Assembly: GCA_047974225.1 (NCBI GenBank)
Contig: JBKECD010000022.1
Coordinates: forward strand, 29 to 64,028
DNA length: 64,000 nucleotides
Direction: 5' to 3'
Source of the DNA: Mangrovibacterium sp.
Lineage (GTDB): Bacteria > Bacteroidota > Bacteroidia > Bacteroidales > Prolixibacteraceae
Shown here: positions 7,883-16,548 of the stretch, piece by piece
Layout: each line of letters starts with the position of its first letter
Numbering within the stretch: the stretch's first letter is position 1
Position numbers and translations under genes: made by a program
The notes under the pieces: generated by a model
Databases searched by the model: none
What the model was told of the DNA's origin: nothing
Seen by the model: only the letters and a program-made list of their open reading frames with translations

Positions 7883-9421
7883 TTATCTGATTTTTTTGAA
7901 TATCTCGCGGAAATCAATCTCCTTTTTCATAATATTATATAGCTCGCTGATTGCCACGCGGTCTTGATCCATCGTGTCGCGGTGGCGAATCGTTACGGTG
8001 TTGTCTTCCAACGATTGATGATCAACCGTTACACAGAAAGGCGTGCCGATAGCATCTTGTCGGCGATAGCGCTTGCCGATGCTGTCTTTCTCATCATATT
8101 GGCAGTTGAAGTCGAATTTCAGTTCATCAATGATTTCACGAGCCTTTTCGGGCAGACCGTCTTTCTTCACCAAGGGCATCACCGCCAATTTCACCGGCGC
8201 AAGCACCGCTGGAATGCGCAGCACCACACGAGTGTCGTCGCCCACAGCTTCCTCGCAATAGGCTGCCGACATCACTTGGAGAAACATGCGATCGACACCA
8301 ATTGAAGTTTCCACCACATAGGGCACATACGACTCACCTGCCTCAGGGTCGTAGTATTGAATTTTCTTACCCGAATATTCTTGATGTTGCTTCAAGTCGA
8401 AATCAGTGCGGGAGTGAATACCCTCCACCTCTTTAAATCCGAAGGGGAATTTATATTCCACATCCACAGCTGCATTGGCATAGTGCGCCAACTTCTCGTG
8501 TTCGTGGAAGCGATAGTTTTCATCGCCAAAGCCGAGGGCTTTGTGCCATTTCATGCGTGTTTCTTTCCACGTTTTAAACCAATCGAGCTCGGTGCCGGGC
8601 TTCACAAAGAATTGCATCTCCATTTGCTCAAATTCGCGCATGCGGAAGATGAACTGACGAGCCACAATCTCGTTGCGGAATGCCTTGCCGATTTGCGCAA
8701 TGCCGAAAGGAAGCTTCATTCTGCCGGTCTTTTGCACATTGAGGTAGTTCACAAAGATACCTTGCGCTGTTTCGGGGCGGAGGTAAATTTTTTGTGCGCC
8801 ATCGGCTGTCGAGCCCATTTCGGTGGAAAACATGAGGTTGAACTGACGCACATCAGTCCAGTTTTTGCTACCACTAATCGGACACACAATGCCTTCATCC
8901 TCGATGATGGTTTTCAACTCCGCCAAGTCATTGGCATTGAGTGCATCGGAAAAGCGGGTGTGAAGTGCATTCCACTTCTCTTGATTGGCAATCACACGAG
9001 GGTTGGTGGCACGGAATTGCGCTTCATCGAAAGCCTCGCCAAAACGCTTGGCAGCTTTCTCGCATTCCTTATTCATTTTCTCTTCATATTTCGCCAATTG
9101 CTCCTCGATGAGCACATCGGCACGATAGCGTTTTTTTGAATCTTTGTTGTCAATTAAAGGGTCGTTGAAAGCATCCACGTGTCCTGAAGCCTTCCAAATA
9201 GTGGGGTGCATGAAGATGGCGGAATCAATGCCCACCACATTTTCATGGAGCAGCACCATGCTGTCCCACCAATATTTTTTAATGTTGTTTTTCAGTTCCA
9301 CACCATTTTGCGCATAGTCATACACTGCGCCTAATCCGTCATAAATTTCGCTCGATTGAAACACGAAACCGTATTCCTTGCAGTGAGCCACTAGCTTTTT
9401 GAAAACATCTTCTTGTGCCAT
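7883..9421 (-). CDS. glyQS: Glycine--tRNA ligase (homodimeric class II type)
   Basis: 512 aa, containing ...FVFQSSEIYDGLGAVYDYAQNGVELKNNIKKYWW... and ...YLRPETAQGIFVNY... Confidence 0.95.
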   Translation of the reverse strand: MAQEDVFKKLVAHCKEYGFVFQSSEIYDGLGAVYDYAQNGVELKNNIKKYWWDSMVLLHENVVGIDSAIFMHPTIWKASGHVDAFNDPLIDNKDSKKRYRADVLIEEQLAKYEEKMNKECEKAAKRFGEAFDEAQFRATNPRVIANQEKWNALHTRFSDALNANDLAELKTIIEDEGIVCPISGSKNWTDVRQFNLMFSTEMGSTADGAQKIYLRPETAQGIFVNYLNVQKTGRMKLPFGIAQIGKAFRNEIVARQFIFRMREFEQMEMQFFVKPGTELDWFKTWKETRMKWHKALGFGDENYRFHEHEKLAHYANAAVDVEYKFPFGFKEVEGIHSRTDFDLKQHQEYSGKKIQYYDPEAGESYVPYVVETSIGVDRMFLQVMSAAYCEEAVGDDTRVVLRIPAVLAPVKLAVMPLVKKDGLPEKAREIIDELKFDFNCQYDEKDSIGKRYRRQDAIGTPFCVTVDHQSLEDNTVTIRHRDTMDQDRVAISELYNIMKKEIDFREIFKKIR

Positions 9422-9521
9422 ATTGCATATTTATTCTAATTCGGGCGTAAAGATAAGTATTTTCTGATAAGGGGGCTTCTAAAAGGTCATTTTGATTTTA
9501 TAATGCCTGCATTTTGCGGCT

Positions 9522-9676
9522 AAATCCACGAAAAGTGCGCAGCTGTTAGTAGAGTTTTGCAACTAAATCCACACAAAGTGCGCAGCTGTTGGCAGGATTT
9601 GGAAGCTGAATCCACGCAAAGTGCGTAGCTGTTAGTAGAGTTTCGCAACTAAATCCACGCAAAGTGCGCGCACTTT
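9522..9676. repeat. 43-bp tandem array (3.6 copies) ending in a perfect 16-bp palindrome
   Basis: AAATCCAC-type unit starts fall at 9522, 9565, 9608 and 9651, a period of exactly 43 bp. The array ends in aaagtgcgcgcacttt (9661-9676), which is self-complementary. Confidence 0.9.
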
Positions 9677-9701
9677 TAGACAAAAAATCATTTTTTCTGA
9701 A

Positions 9702-9709
9702 TACCTTTG
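9702..9709 (+). promoter_or_regulatory. Candidate Bacteroidota -7 promoter box (TAccTTTG) for the nucleoside transporter gene
   Basis: Matches the TAnnTTTG consensus. The final G is 6 nt before the ATG at 9715. Confidence 0.35.
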
Positions 9710-9714
9710 TCTGC

Positions 9715-11082
9715 ATGAAAACAACACTCCTGACATCTCAAGAAGCGGCAACTGCCACTTCTAATATTCTTTTAAGCCATGAAGCAAGTTCGTTTAGTTT
9801 CACCGGACTTCTCCGTGGATTGCTTGGCATGGCGGTGCTGATTGCTTTGGCATGGCTTTTTTCCAAAGACCGAAAAAACATCAACTGGCGCACTGTCGGT
9901 GTGGGACTAGGATTGCAAATTGTGCTGGCGGTGAGCGTACTCTATGTGCCTTTTGTGCGGAGCGGTTTCGAGTTCTTCGGAAAAATATTCGTCAAAATCC
10001 TCGACTTCACCCGTGCCGGCAGTTCCTTTCTCTTTGGCTCGCTGATGGATGTCGATACTTTCGGCTCTATTTTTGCCTTTCAGGTGCTGCCCACCATCGT
10101 GTTTTTTTCTGCGCTCACCAGTCTGCTCTTCTATTGGGGAATCATTCAGAAAGTAGTCTGGGCAATGGCATGGGTTTTCACCCGATTGATGAACCTCTCG
10201 GGGGCTGAATCGCTCTCGGTGGCAGGAAATATATTTCTCGGGCAGACCGAATCGCCACTCATGATTAAAGCCTATATTCCAAAGATGAATGCTTCGGAAA
10301 TCATGCTCGTCATGTCGGGCGGAATGGCAACTCTCGCTGGAGGGGTGCTAGCTGCCTATATCGACATGCTGGGGGGCAACGACCCTGTGCTTCGGCTCGA
10401 ATTTGCCAAACACTTGCTCATTGCCTCGGTGATGGCTGCTCCGGCAGCGGTGGTGTTTGCCAAGATGCTTGTGCCCAACACCGAAAAGGTGGATAGCGAA
10501 GTGGAAGTCAGCAAAGAGAAAATCGGAACTAACGAGCTTGATGCTATTTCCAACGGCACGAGCGAGGGCGTGAAATTGGCGGTCAATGTGGGGGGCATGC
10601 TCCTCGCATTTATTGCGCTGATTGCCATGCTGAACTATATTCTAGGGTTCATCGGTGGACACACCGGACTGAATGCGTGGATTGCGAGTGCCACAGAGGG
10701 GCAATTTGATAGTTTCTCGCTGCAATTCATCTTAGGCTATCTCTTCGCCCCGATTATGTGGCTTATTGGCGTCTGTCCGCAAGATATCGCATTGGTGGGG
10801 CGCTTAATGGGCGAGAAGCTAATCCTAACGGAATTTATCGGCTATATCAGCCTATCGGAATTGAAAGCCGTGGGCGCTTTTGTGGAATACAAATCTGTGA
10901 TTATGGCAACTTACATCCTTTGCGGATTTGCCAACATTGCCTCCATAGGCATTCAGATTGGCGGCATTGGAGCACTAGCCCCAAATAAAAGAAGTCAGCT
11001 TTCTAAGTTTGGACCTCTAGCTCTTTTGGCAGGCACACTCGCCTCGCTCATGTCTGCCACTATTATTGGAATGATTTATTAG
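9715..11082 (+). CDS. NupC/NupG-family concentrative nucleoside transporter
   Basis: Polytopic, with ...ESLSVAGNIFLGQTESPLMIK... and ...LCGFANIASIGIQIGGIGALAP... typical of CNT transporters. I chose the start at the internal ATG (MKTTLLTS) rather than the GTG-extended track ORF at 9664. Confidence 0.88.
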   Translation: MKTTLLTSQEAATATSNILLSHEASSFSFTGLLRGLLGMAVLIALAWLFSKDRKNINWRTVGVGLGLQIVLAVSVLYVPFVRSGFEFFGKIFVKILDFTRAGSSFLFGSLMDVDTFGSIFAFQVLPTIVFFSALTSLLFYWGIIQKVVWAMAWVFTRLMNLSGAESLSVAGNIFLGQTESPLMIKAYIPKMNASEIMLVMSGGMATLAGGVLAAYIDMLGGNDPVLRLEFAKHLLIASVMAAPAAVVFAKMLVPNTEKVDSEVEVSKEKIGTNELDAISNGTSEGVKLAVNVGGMLLAFIALIAMLNYILGFIGGHTGLNAWIASATEGQFDSFSLQFILGYLFAPIMWLIGVCPQDIALVGRLMGEKLILTEFIGYISLSELKAVGAFVEYKSVIMATYILCGFANIASIGIQIGGIGALAPNKRSQLSKFGPLALLAGTLASLMSATIIGMIY

Positions 11083-11152
11083 GGAAAACAAGACTTTCCA
11101 CTCGCGCCGAAAAAACAATCCGCTTTTTTGCGAATATCTGAAATGGAAGTAT

Positions 11153-11160
11153 TATCTTTG
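11153..11160 (+). promoter_or_regulatory. Candidate -7 promoter box (TAtcTTTG) for higBA
   Basis: Matches TAnnTTTG and lies 20 nt upstream of the higB ATG. Confidence 0.35.
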
Positions 11161-11179
11161 CCTCATCAAAATATACGAT

Positions 11180-11497
11180 ATGATTGTTACGTTTGAAGAA
11201 GAGTACTTGCAAACCCTTTATGATACAGGAAAAAGTGGAGATAAGAAACACCAATATCAACCCGAAATCATACGTAAATACCAAATCTGCATTCGGTATT
11301 TGCTCGGCGCAAGCAACATTGAAGAATTATTCACCATCAATTCGCTTAATTACGAAGTACTGAAAGGCGACAAGACGGGCATTTCTTCCATCAGAGTAAA
11401 CAAGCAATACCGCATTGAATTTACAGTTACGAAACAAGGGGCGGAATCCATCGTTACTGTGTGTAATATTTTAGAATTGTCAAACCACTATAAATAA
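11180..11497 (+). CDS. higB: Type II toxin, HigB / plasmid-maintenance-killer family (RelE/ParE fold)
   Basis: 105 aa. ...LKGDKTGISSIRVNKQYRIEFTV... matches the HigB family pattern. An HTH antitoxin gene follows 7 bp downstream. Confidence 0.8.
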   Translation: MIVTFEEEYLQTLYDTGKSGDKKHQYQPEIIRKYQICIRYLLGASNIEELFTINSLNYEVLKGDKTGISSIRVNKQYRIEFTVTKQGAESIVTVCNILELSNHYK

Positions 11498-11504
11498 CAA
11501 AGCT

Positions 11505-11849
11505 ATGATTACGATTAAGGGGATTGACCCAAAAATGATCGCAAATAATCTTACGCCATCAAATCCCGTGCATCCGGGCGAGATGATAAAAGATGAAATC
11601 GAATATCGCGGCATTTCGCAAAAGAAACTTGCGCTACAAACGGGTATTTCATACACCGTGCTCAATGAAGTGTTAAATGGCAAACGCCCCGTTTCTACCG
11701 AATACGCTTTGTTGTTTGAAGCGGCATTGGACATTGAAGCTGGAATTTGGATAAAGACACAAGCCGATTACGATGTGATAATCGCAAAATCAAACAAGAC
11801 ATTTGCGAAACGTCTTGAAAGCATTCGTAAGATTGCAGCAGTATTGTAA
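11505..11849 (+). CDS. higA: HigA-family antitoxin (XRE-type HTH)
   Basis: ...NPVHPGEMIKDEIEYRGISQKKLALQTGISYTVLNEVLNGKRPVS... is the HigA signature. Confidence 0.85.
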   Translation: MITIKGIDPKMIANNLTPSNPVHPGEMIKDEIEYRGISQKKLALQTGISYTVLNEVLNGKRPVSTEYALLFEAALDIEAGIWIKTQADYDVIIAKSNKTFAKRLESIRKIAAVL

Positions 11850-11880
11850 TTAGAGTCAATCAAGCACAACATTTTCTCAT

Positions 11881-11930
11881 GTTCTAATCGAAAAACATGT
11901 TACCCAGTGACGGTTTTTTTCGATTAGAAC
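11881..11930 (+). terminator. 15-bp perfect inverted repeat downstream of higA (possible terminator)
   Basis: gttctaatcgaaaaa ... tttttcgattagaac with a 20-nt loop. No clean T-run follows the stem. Confidence 0.4.
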
Positions 11931-11950
11931 ACCCCTAAGCCCTAGAAAAA

Positions 11951-12553
11951 ATGAGTTTACTACTCTATCTAGAACCCAATCGCATTGAAGCTGGCTGCGA
12001 TGAAGCCGGTCGTGGATGCCTAGCCGGTCCTGTGGTGGCAGCAGCGGTTATTCTGCCCCCCGATTTCAGCAACGAGCTGCTGAATGACTCCAAAAAGCTC
12101 AGCGAGAAACAACGCTATGCCCTGCGCCCCATCATCGAGGAGCAAGCTGTGGCGTGGGCTGTCGGCGTGGTGAGCCACACCGAAATTGATGAAATAAATA
12201 TCCTCCAAGCATCCTTTCTCGCCATGCACCGTGCCGTGGATGCTTTGCAAGTGAAGCCCGAGCATCTGCTCATTGATGGCAATCGCTTCAAGCCCTACCC
12301 CGGCATTCCACACACCACCATCATCAAGGGCGATGGCAAACTGATGCCTATTGCGGCAGCCTCAATCCTAGCGAAATGCTATCGTGATGATTTGATGAAT
12401 AAACTCGCCGAAGAATTTCCAATGTATGACTGGGCAAGTAATAAAGGCTATCCCACCAAAAAACACCGTGCCGGCATCGAAAAGCATGGTGCATGCCAAT
12501 ATCACCGCATGACATTCCGATTAACAGATGGACAGATGAAGTTGGAATTGTGA
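11951..12553 (+). CDS. rnhB: Ribonuclease HII
   Basis: ...[23 protein letters not shown]... and ...DSKKLS... are canonical RNase HII motifs. Confidence 0.95.
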   Translation: MSLLLYLEPNRIEAGCDEAGRGCLAGPVVAAAVILPPDFSNELLNDSKKLSEKQRYALRPIIEEQAVAWAVGVVSHTEIDEINILQASFLAMHRAVDALQVKPEHLLIDGNRFKPYPGIPHTTIIKGDGKLMPIAAASILAKCYRDDLMNKLAEEFPMYDWASNKGYPTKKHRAGIEKHGACQYHRMTFRLTDGQMKLEL

Positions 12554-12662
12554 ATGGGAAGTGTATAAAAACAAAAAACCTCAGTTTCATCATCCCGAAA
12601 CGAGAGAGAGGAGTTACTGAGGACTGCGCAGCAAAGATAGAAAATATATTTAGACCGACACA

Positions 12663-13301
12663 ATGGAAATAGCAAAAATTCTAAATCTTGTATCTCAAGA
12701 GCGATTTGAGCCTTACCGAAAACGATATTATAATGATTTAAAGAGGAGTTTTGCACTCTACCAAGCAAACATTCTGATTTCGCAATCATTCTATTCAAGT
12801 CTTTCTATTTTAGAGGTAACATTGAGAAATTCTATTAATAATTCTTTTCAAGAGTATTTCGATGATAATCGATGGTATCGAAAGCTTCCAGAAGAATTGA
12901 GAGTGCAAATAGAAGCTATTGAGAGTAAGTTGCTAAAATCAAAGAAGCCTATATCTGTTGATCGAATTATTGCGGAATTAAACTTTGGCTTTTGGACTGT
13001 GTTGTTCAACAGACAATATGCGCGTTTTTTTTGGAAGCCTTTAATCCATGCTTTCCCAAATCTCCCCAGCGATTGCCGAAAAAGAACCATTGTTTCTGCT
13101 AAATTGAATCGCATTCGGACATTCAGGAATCGGATATATCATTACGAACCTATTATTTGGAATATTCAAGAAATTGTCAATAAGAGAGAGGAGATATATG
13201 AAATACTTGATTGGATTGAACCCGAAATAAAAAACTGGGCAATCAGTATTGACCAGTTTAATCAGACAAAACAGAAGATAAAAGACAGCCTATTGGGATA
13301 G
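12663..13301 (+). CDS. Abi_2 (AbiD/AbiF-like) abortive-infection family protein
   Basis: N-terminal ...SQERFEPYRK...LYQANILISQSFYSSLSILEVTLRNSI... and ...RIRTFRNRIYHYEPI... fit the Abi_2 pattern (LEV-x-LRN and RN-x-x-x-H-x-E). The 212-aa length is short for this family. Confidence 0.6.
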   Translation: MEIAKILNLVSQERFEPYRKRYYNDLKRSFALYQANILISQSFYSSLSILEVTLRNSINNSFQEYFDDNRWYRKLPEELRVQIEAIESKLLKSKKPISVDRIIAELNFGFWTVLFNRQYARFFWKPLIHAFPNLPSDCRKRTIVSAKLNRIRTFRNRIYHYEPIIWNIQEIVNKREEIYEILDWIEPEIKNWAISIDQFNQTKQKIKDSLLG

Positions 13302-13455
13302 GCTTCAAAATAGGAAAGTGTGCCCACTAGCCCATAGGGCTTCAATCTTAATATTTCAAGATTAATCCCCTACGGGAAATGGGGGGGTGTAGATAAAATT
13401 AAAGCCCTAACGGGCTACCAACACATCACCGCATTAGCACATCATCGCATCACCG

Positions 13456-13479
13456 CATTAACACATTAACACATTAACA
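13456..13479. repeat. Octanucleotide repeat (CATTAACA)x3 abutting the tadA start codon
   Basis: Read directly from the sequence. It ends 3 nt before the ATG at 13483 and is preceded by degenerate caccgcatta/cacatcatcg copies. Confidence 0.85.
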
Positions 13480-13482
13480 CCC

Positions 13483-13917
13483 ATGTTCACCGACGAATAT
13501 TTCATGAAACAAGCCTTTGCCGAGGCAATCAAAGCCTATGATCGAGGGGAAATCCCTGTGGGCGTTGTGGTGGTGGCGAAGAATCGCATCATCGCCCGAG
13601 CACACAACCTCACCGAAGCCCTGAATGACGTTACGGCTCATGCCGAAATGCAAGCCGTAACCGCTGCTGCCAATCAATTAGGCGGAAAATACCTGAAGGA
13701 TTGTACACTCTATGTAACCCTCGAACCTTGTGTGATGTGTGCCGGCGCAATAGCTTGGGCGCAGCTTTCCAAGCTCGTCTATGGCGCTAGCGATGAAAAG
13801 CGAGGATATAGCCGACTAGCCCCCAATGCCCTCCACCCCAAAACCGAAGTGCTGAGCGGCATCATGGGCGATGATTGTGCCGACCTGATGCAGGCATTCT
13901 TTAAGGAGCGGCGATAG
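13483..13917 (+). CDS. tadA: tRNA-specific adenosine deaminase
   Basis: HAEMQA and PCVMCAGA zinc-binding motifs; 144 aa. Confidence 0.93.
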   Translation: MFTDEYFMKQAFAEAIKAYDRGEIPVGVVVVAKNRIIARAHNLTEALNDVTAHAEMQAVTAAANQLGGKYLKDCTLYVTLEPCVMCAGAIAWAQLSKLVYGASDEKRGYSRLAPNALHPKTEVLSGIMGDDCADLMQAFFKERR

Positions 13918-13923
13918 CAATGC

Positions 13924-14580
13924 TTATCGCACGCCATGTGTGAGCACCGTCCTCAAGCCTTCTTCCAAGCGAAGTTCGGCTATCTCGATGCCATTTTCAC
14001 GCAGGGCTGCTGTGAAACCTTCATTCATCATGCGACCCGCCGAAAGGGGAAATTCCAAGAGCTGTGGAATGCTTTCTTCTTTCGCAGGCTCATGATAAAA
14101 GCTCAAGCAGCTTTCAAGCTTCGTCGATAGATATATTCGACATGCCATGGGGCGTGCTGGATAGGCACTGCATGACTCATCGACAAGCAACGGACAAGCC
14201 TCTTTGTGGTTCAGCACCTCTTGCTCGTCGAGCGTTTCGGTGTGCGTATATTTGGTGCTCGCAGCCTCTTTCACTCGTTCTCTTTGGGCTGGAGTGAATT
14301 TTTTCTTCATGAAATCACTCAGCAAGTGAAATTCATAGGAATTGGCAAAAACTGCCTGATAGCAGCAAAAACCACATCCCTTCTTACAATCAATCGACAC
14401 CCCCTGCCGTGTGGCATGCTGCTCAAGCATGATAATTAGCTCATCGACCGACTTGAGCATCTCGCGCACATAGCCGAGAAATTTCTTCTCATCGCTTCGA
14501 TATTTGGCGGCTTGCTCGCCAAGGCGATAGCCATCGTTATAAAACGCTTGTTCGTGTGAATTGAGTTGGGGTTCGCTCAT
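13924..14580 (-). CDS. YkgJ-family cysteine-cluster protein
   Basis: CKKGCGFCCYQ is a CxxCxxCC cluster, and there are further Cys pairs. Confidence 0.7.
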   Translation of the reverse strand: MSEPQLNSHEQAFYNDGYRLGEQAAKYRSDEKKFLGYVREMLKSVDELIIMLEQHATRQGVSIDCKKGCGFCCYQAVFANSYEFHLLSDFMKKKFTPAQRERVKEAASTKYTHTETLDEQEVLNHKEACPLLVDESCSAYPARPMACRIYLSTKLESCLSFYHEPAKEESIPQLLEFPLSAGRMMNEGFTAALRENGIEIAELRLEEGLRTVLTHGVR

Positions 14581-14582
14581 CC

Positions 14583-16097
14583 TTATAGTTTGATTAATTG
14601 TGTTTCGCTTAGCTCACTTTCATTATTAAATCGGTCGAGCACTGATATTTGCACCTTATATGTTTTTTTCTTGCCTGGAGGATTATCCTTGATTTTAATA
14701 TCCGTTTCTGTGGTTACACCATACACTTGCTTAGCATCATTTTGGTCGATTGTCTCGTTTTCTTCGCAGTAATAAATCACATAGCGCAGCGGCTCATCGC
14801 TTTTGTTTTTATACTCTGGAGCCAACCAGGTGATGCGCTTCTTGAAGATGCTGAAATCACGCACCTTGCTGGGTGATTCACCATCAATCCAAGGCATCGG
14901 GGGAATGAGTGCGGGATAGTCGTAGAGGTTTTTTTGCAGTGTTTTCTGCAAGCCGAGCAAATCACGATTGAAATGCTTAGCACTATAAAAAGCACTTCCC
15001 TGAATGTTGGACGTGGTGCGGGTCAGATGTATCTGATAAGGAATTTGATTGGCATCTTGCCAACCAGCCACCGTGGAGTTCTTGTCCACCTTATAGAGCG
15101 CATGCCCCACATAGACCGAACGACCAAAAGTATATTGACTCCACCAGTCGATGAGCGTCTTATAGTCGGCAGCTGGGTTGCCCACTTCCCAATAAATCTG
15201 CGGCGTGAGATAGTCAATCCAGCCGTTGTGCATCCATTTCAACACGTCGGCATAAAGATGGTCGTAGTTGGTTACTCCAGCACGAGTGGCTGAACCCATG
15301 GTGTCTTTATCATTGTTTCGCCACACCCCAAACGGACTAACTCCAAATTTGACATAAGGCTTCGCATCTTTAATTGTCTTCGCCAATAGGCTGATAGCCT
15401 GATCAACATGATATCTTCGCCAACTAGCCTTTTCAGTCGAGGCAAAACCATTTGGATTAGCCTGAAATTGTGCCTCATCGGGGAACTCTTCACCATTAGC
15501 CGCTGGATAAGGATAGAAATAATCGTCGATGTGAATTGCATCAACGTTATAGCGCAACACAATATCATGCACAATTTCGGCAATATAAGCTCGGGTTTCG
15601 GGAAGTGCTGGGTTCAGATAAAGCTTGTTGTCGTATTTCACCACCCACTCTGGATGACGAAATGCTACACTGATGCGTGATATCTGCTCGCTGGCACTTT
15701 GTGCCACTCGAAAGGGATTTAGCCACGCATGAAATTCCAATCCACGCTTGTGTGCTTCTTCAATCCAAAACGCCATTGGGTCATAGCCCGGAGATTTACC
15801 AGGGTTGCCCGTGAGATAGCGCGACCAAGGCTCATAAGGAGATTCATAGAAGGCATCAGAACAAGGGCGAGCTTGAAAAAACACGGCGTTCATTTTGTTT
15901 TTCTGCATCATGTCGAGCAAGGCAATAGCTTCTTTTTGCTGCTCCTTGATGCTCAGTCCCGGCTTGGAGGGCCAGTCGATATTGTTCACCGTGGCAACCC
16001 ACACGCCACGAAATTCATACTTTGGTTTAGGGGTTTCTACCGCCATCAGCTGTGCGCAAATTCCCACAGTCAAAAACAAAAGGATTACTCTTCTCAT
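14583..16097 (-). CDS. Glycoside hydrolase-like family 10 (GHL10 / YngK-like) protein
   Basis: A signal peptide followed by ...FRGVWVATVNNIDWPS..., typical of the GHL10 (DUF187) family. Confidence 0.8.
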   Translation of the reverse strand: MRRVILLFLTVGICAQLMAVETPKPKYEFRGVWVATVNNIDWPSKPGLSIKEQQKEAIALLDMMQKNKMNAVFFQARPCSDAFYESPYEPWSRYLTGNPGKSPGYDPMAFWIEEAHKRGLEFHAWLNPFRVAQSASEQISRISVAFRHPEWVVKYDNKLYLNPALPETRAYIAEIVHDIVLRYNVDAIHIDDYFYPYPAANGEEFPDEAQFQANPNGFASTEKASWRRYHVDQAISLLAKTIKDAKPYVKFGVSPFGVWRNNDKDTMGSATRAGVTNYDHLYADVLKWMHNGWIDYLTPQIYWEVGNPAADYKTLIDWWSQYTFGRSVYVGHALYKVDKNSTVAGWQDANQIPYQIHLTRTTSNIQGSAFYSAKHFNRDLLGLQKTLQKNLYDYPALIPPMPWIDGESPSKVRDFSIFKKRITWLAPEYKNKSDEPLRYVIYYCEENETIDQNDAKQVYGVTTETDIKIKDNPPGKKKTYKVQISVLDRFNNESELSETQLIKL

Positions 16098-16188
16098 TGA
16101 TTTACTATTAGCTATTGTTAAGCTTGCAAAGTAAATACTTTTTTTTGATGTTATAAACTTTAAGATTAATTGCTATTAAACTATCGTT

Positions 16189-16545
16189 TCACAAAGTGTC
16201 TGAACGTAAGATTTTATTCATAACCTTTCCTTTAGCTAATTCATCAATAAGTTTATCTAAGTATCTAATTTCACGCATCAGAGGATCTTCTATTTCTTCT
16301 ACTCGCACACCACACACCACCCCCTTAATGAGCATTCGATTTTGATTTAAAGCTGGAGCTTGTGCAAAAAACTCCTCAAAAGTAGTTTGCTGTGTGATTT
16401 GTTTTTCTAAACCTTGCGCATCATAACCCGTCAGCCAAGTTATAATTTGGTCAAGCTCTTGTTTTGTTTTTCCCTTTCGTTCCACTTTCTGCACATAAAG
16501 AGGATAAACACGTGCAAAAGTCATTTGATAGATTTTTGGTTTCAT
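16189..16545 (-). CDS. DUF2200-family protein
   Basis: ...[35 protein letters not shown]... matches the DUF2200 pattern as I recall it. Confidence 0.7.
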   Translation of the reverse strand: MKPKIYQMTFARVYPLYVQKVERKGKTKQELDQIITWLTGYDAQGLEKQITQQTTFEEFFAQAPALNQNRMLIKGVVCGVRVEEIEDPLMREIRYLDKLIDELAKGKVMNKILRSDTL

Positions 16546-16548
16546 AAT

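Noticed and set aside
8357-9139. A 260-aa ORF on the plus strand.
   Set aside because: It lies entirely antisense to the well-supported glycyl-tRNA synthetase gene and has a low-complexity composition typical of antisense frames in GC-richer genes.
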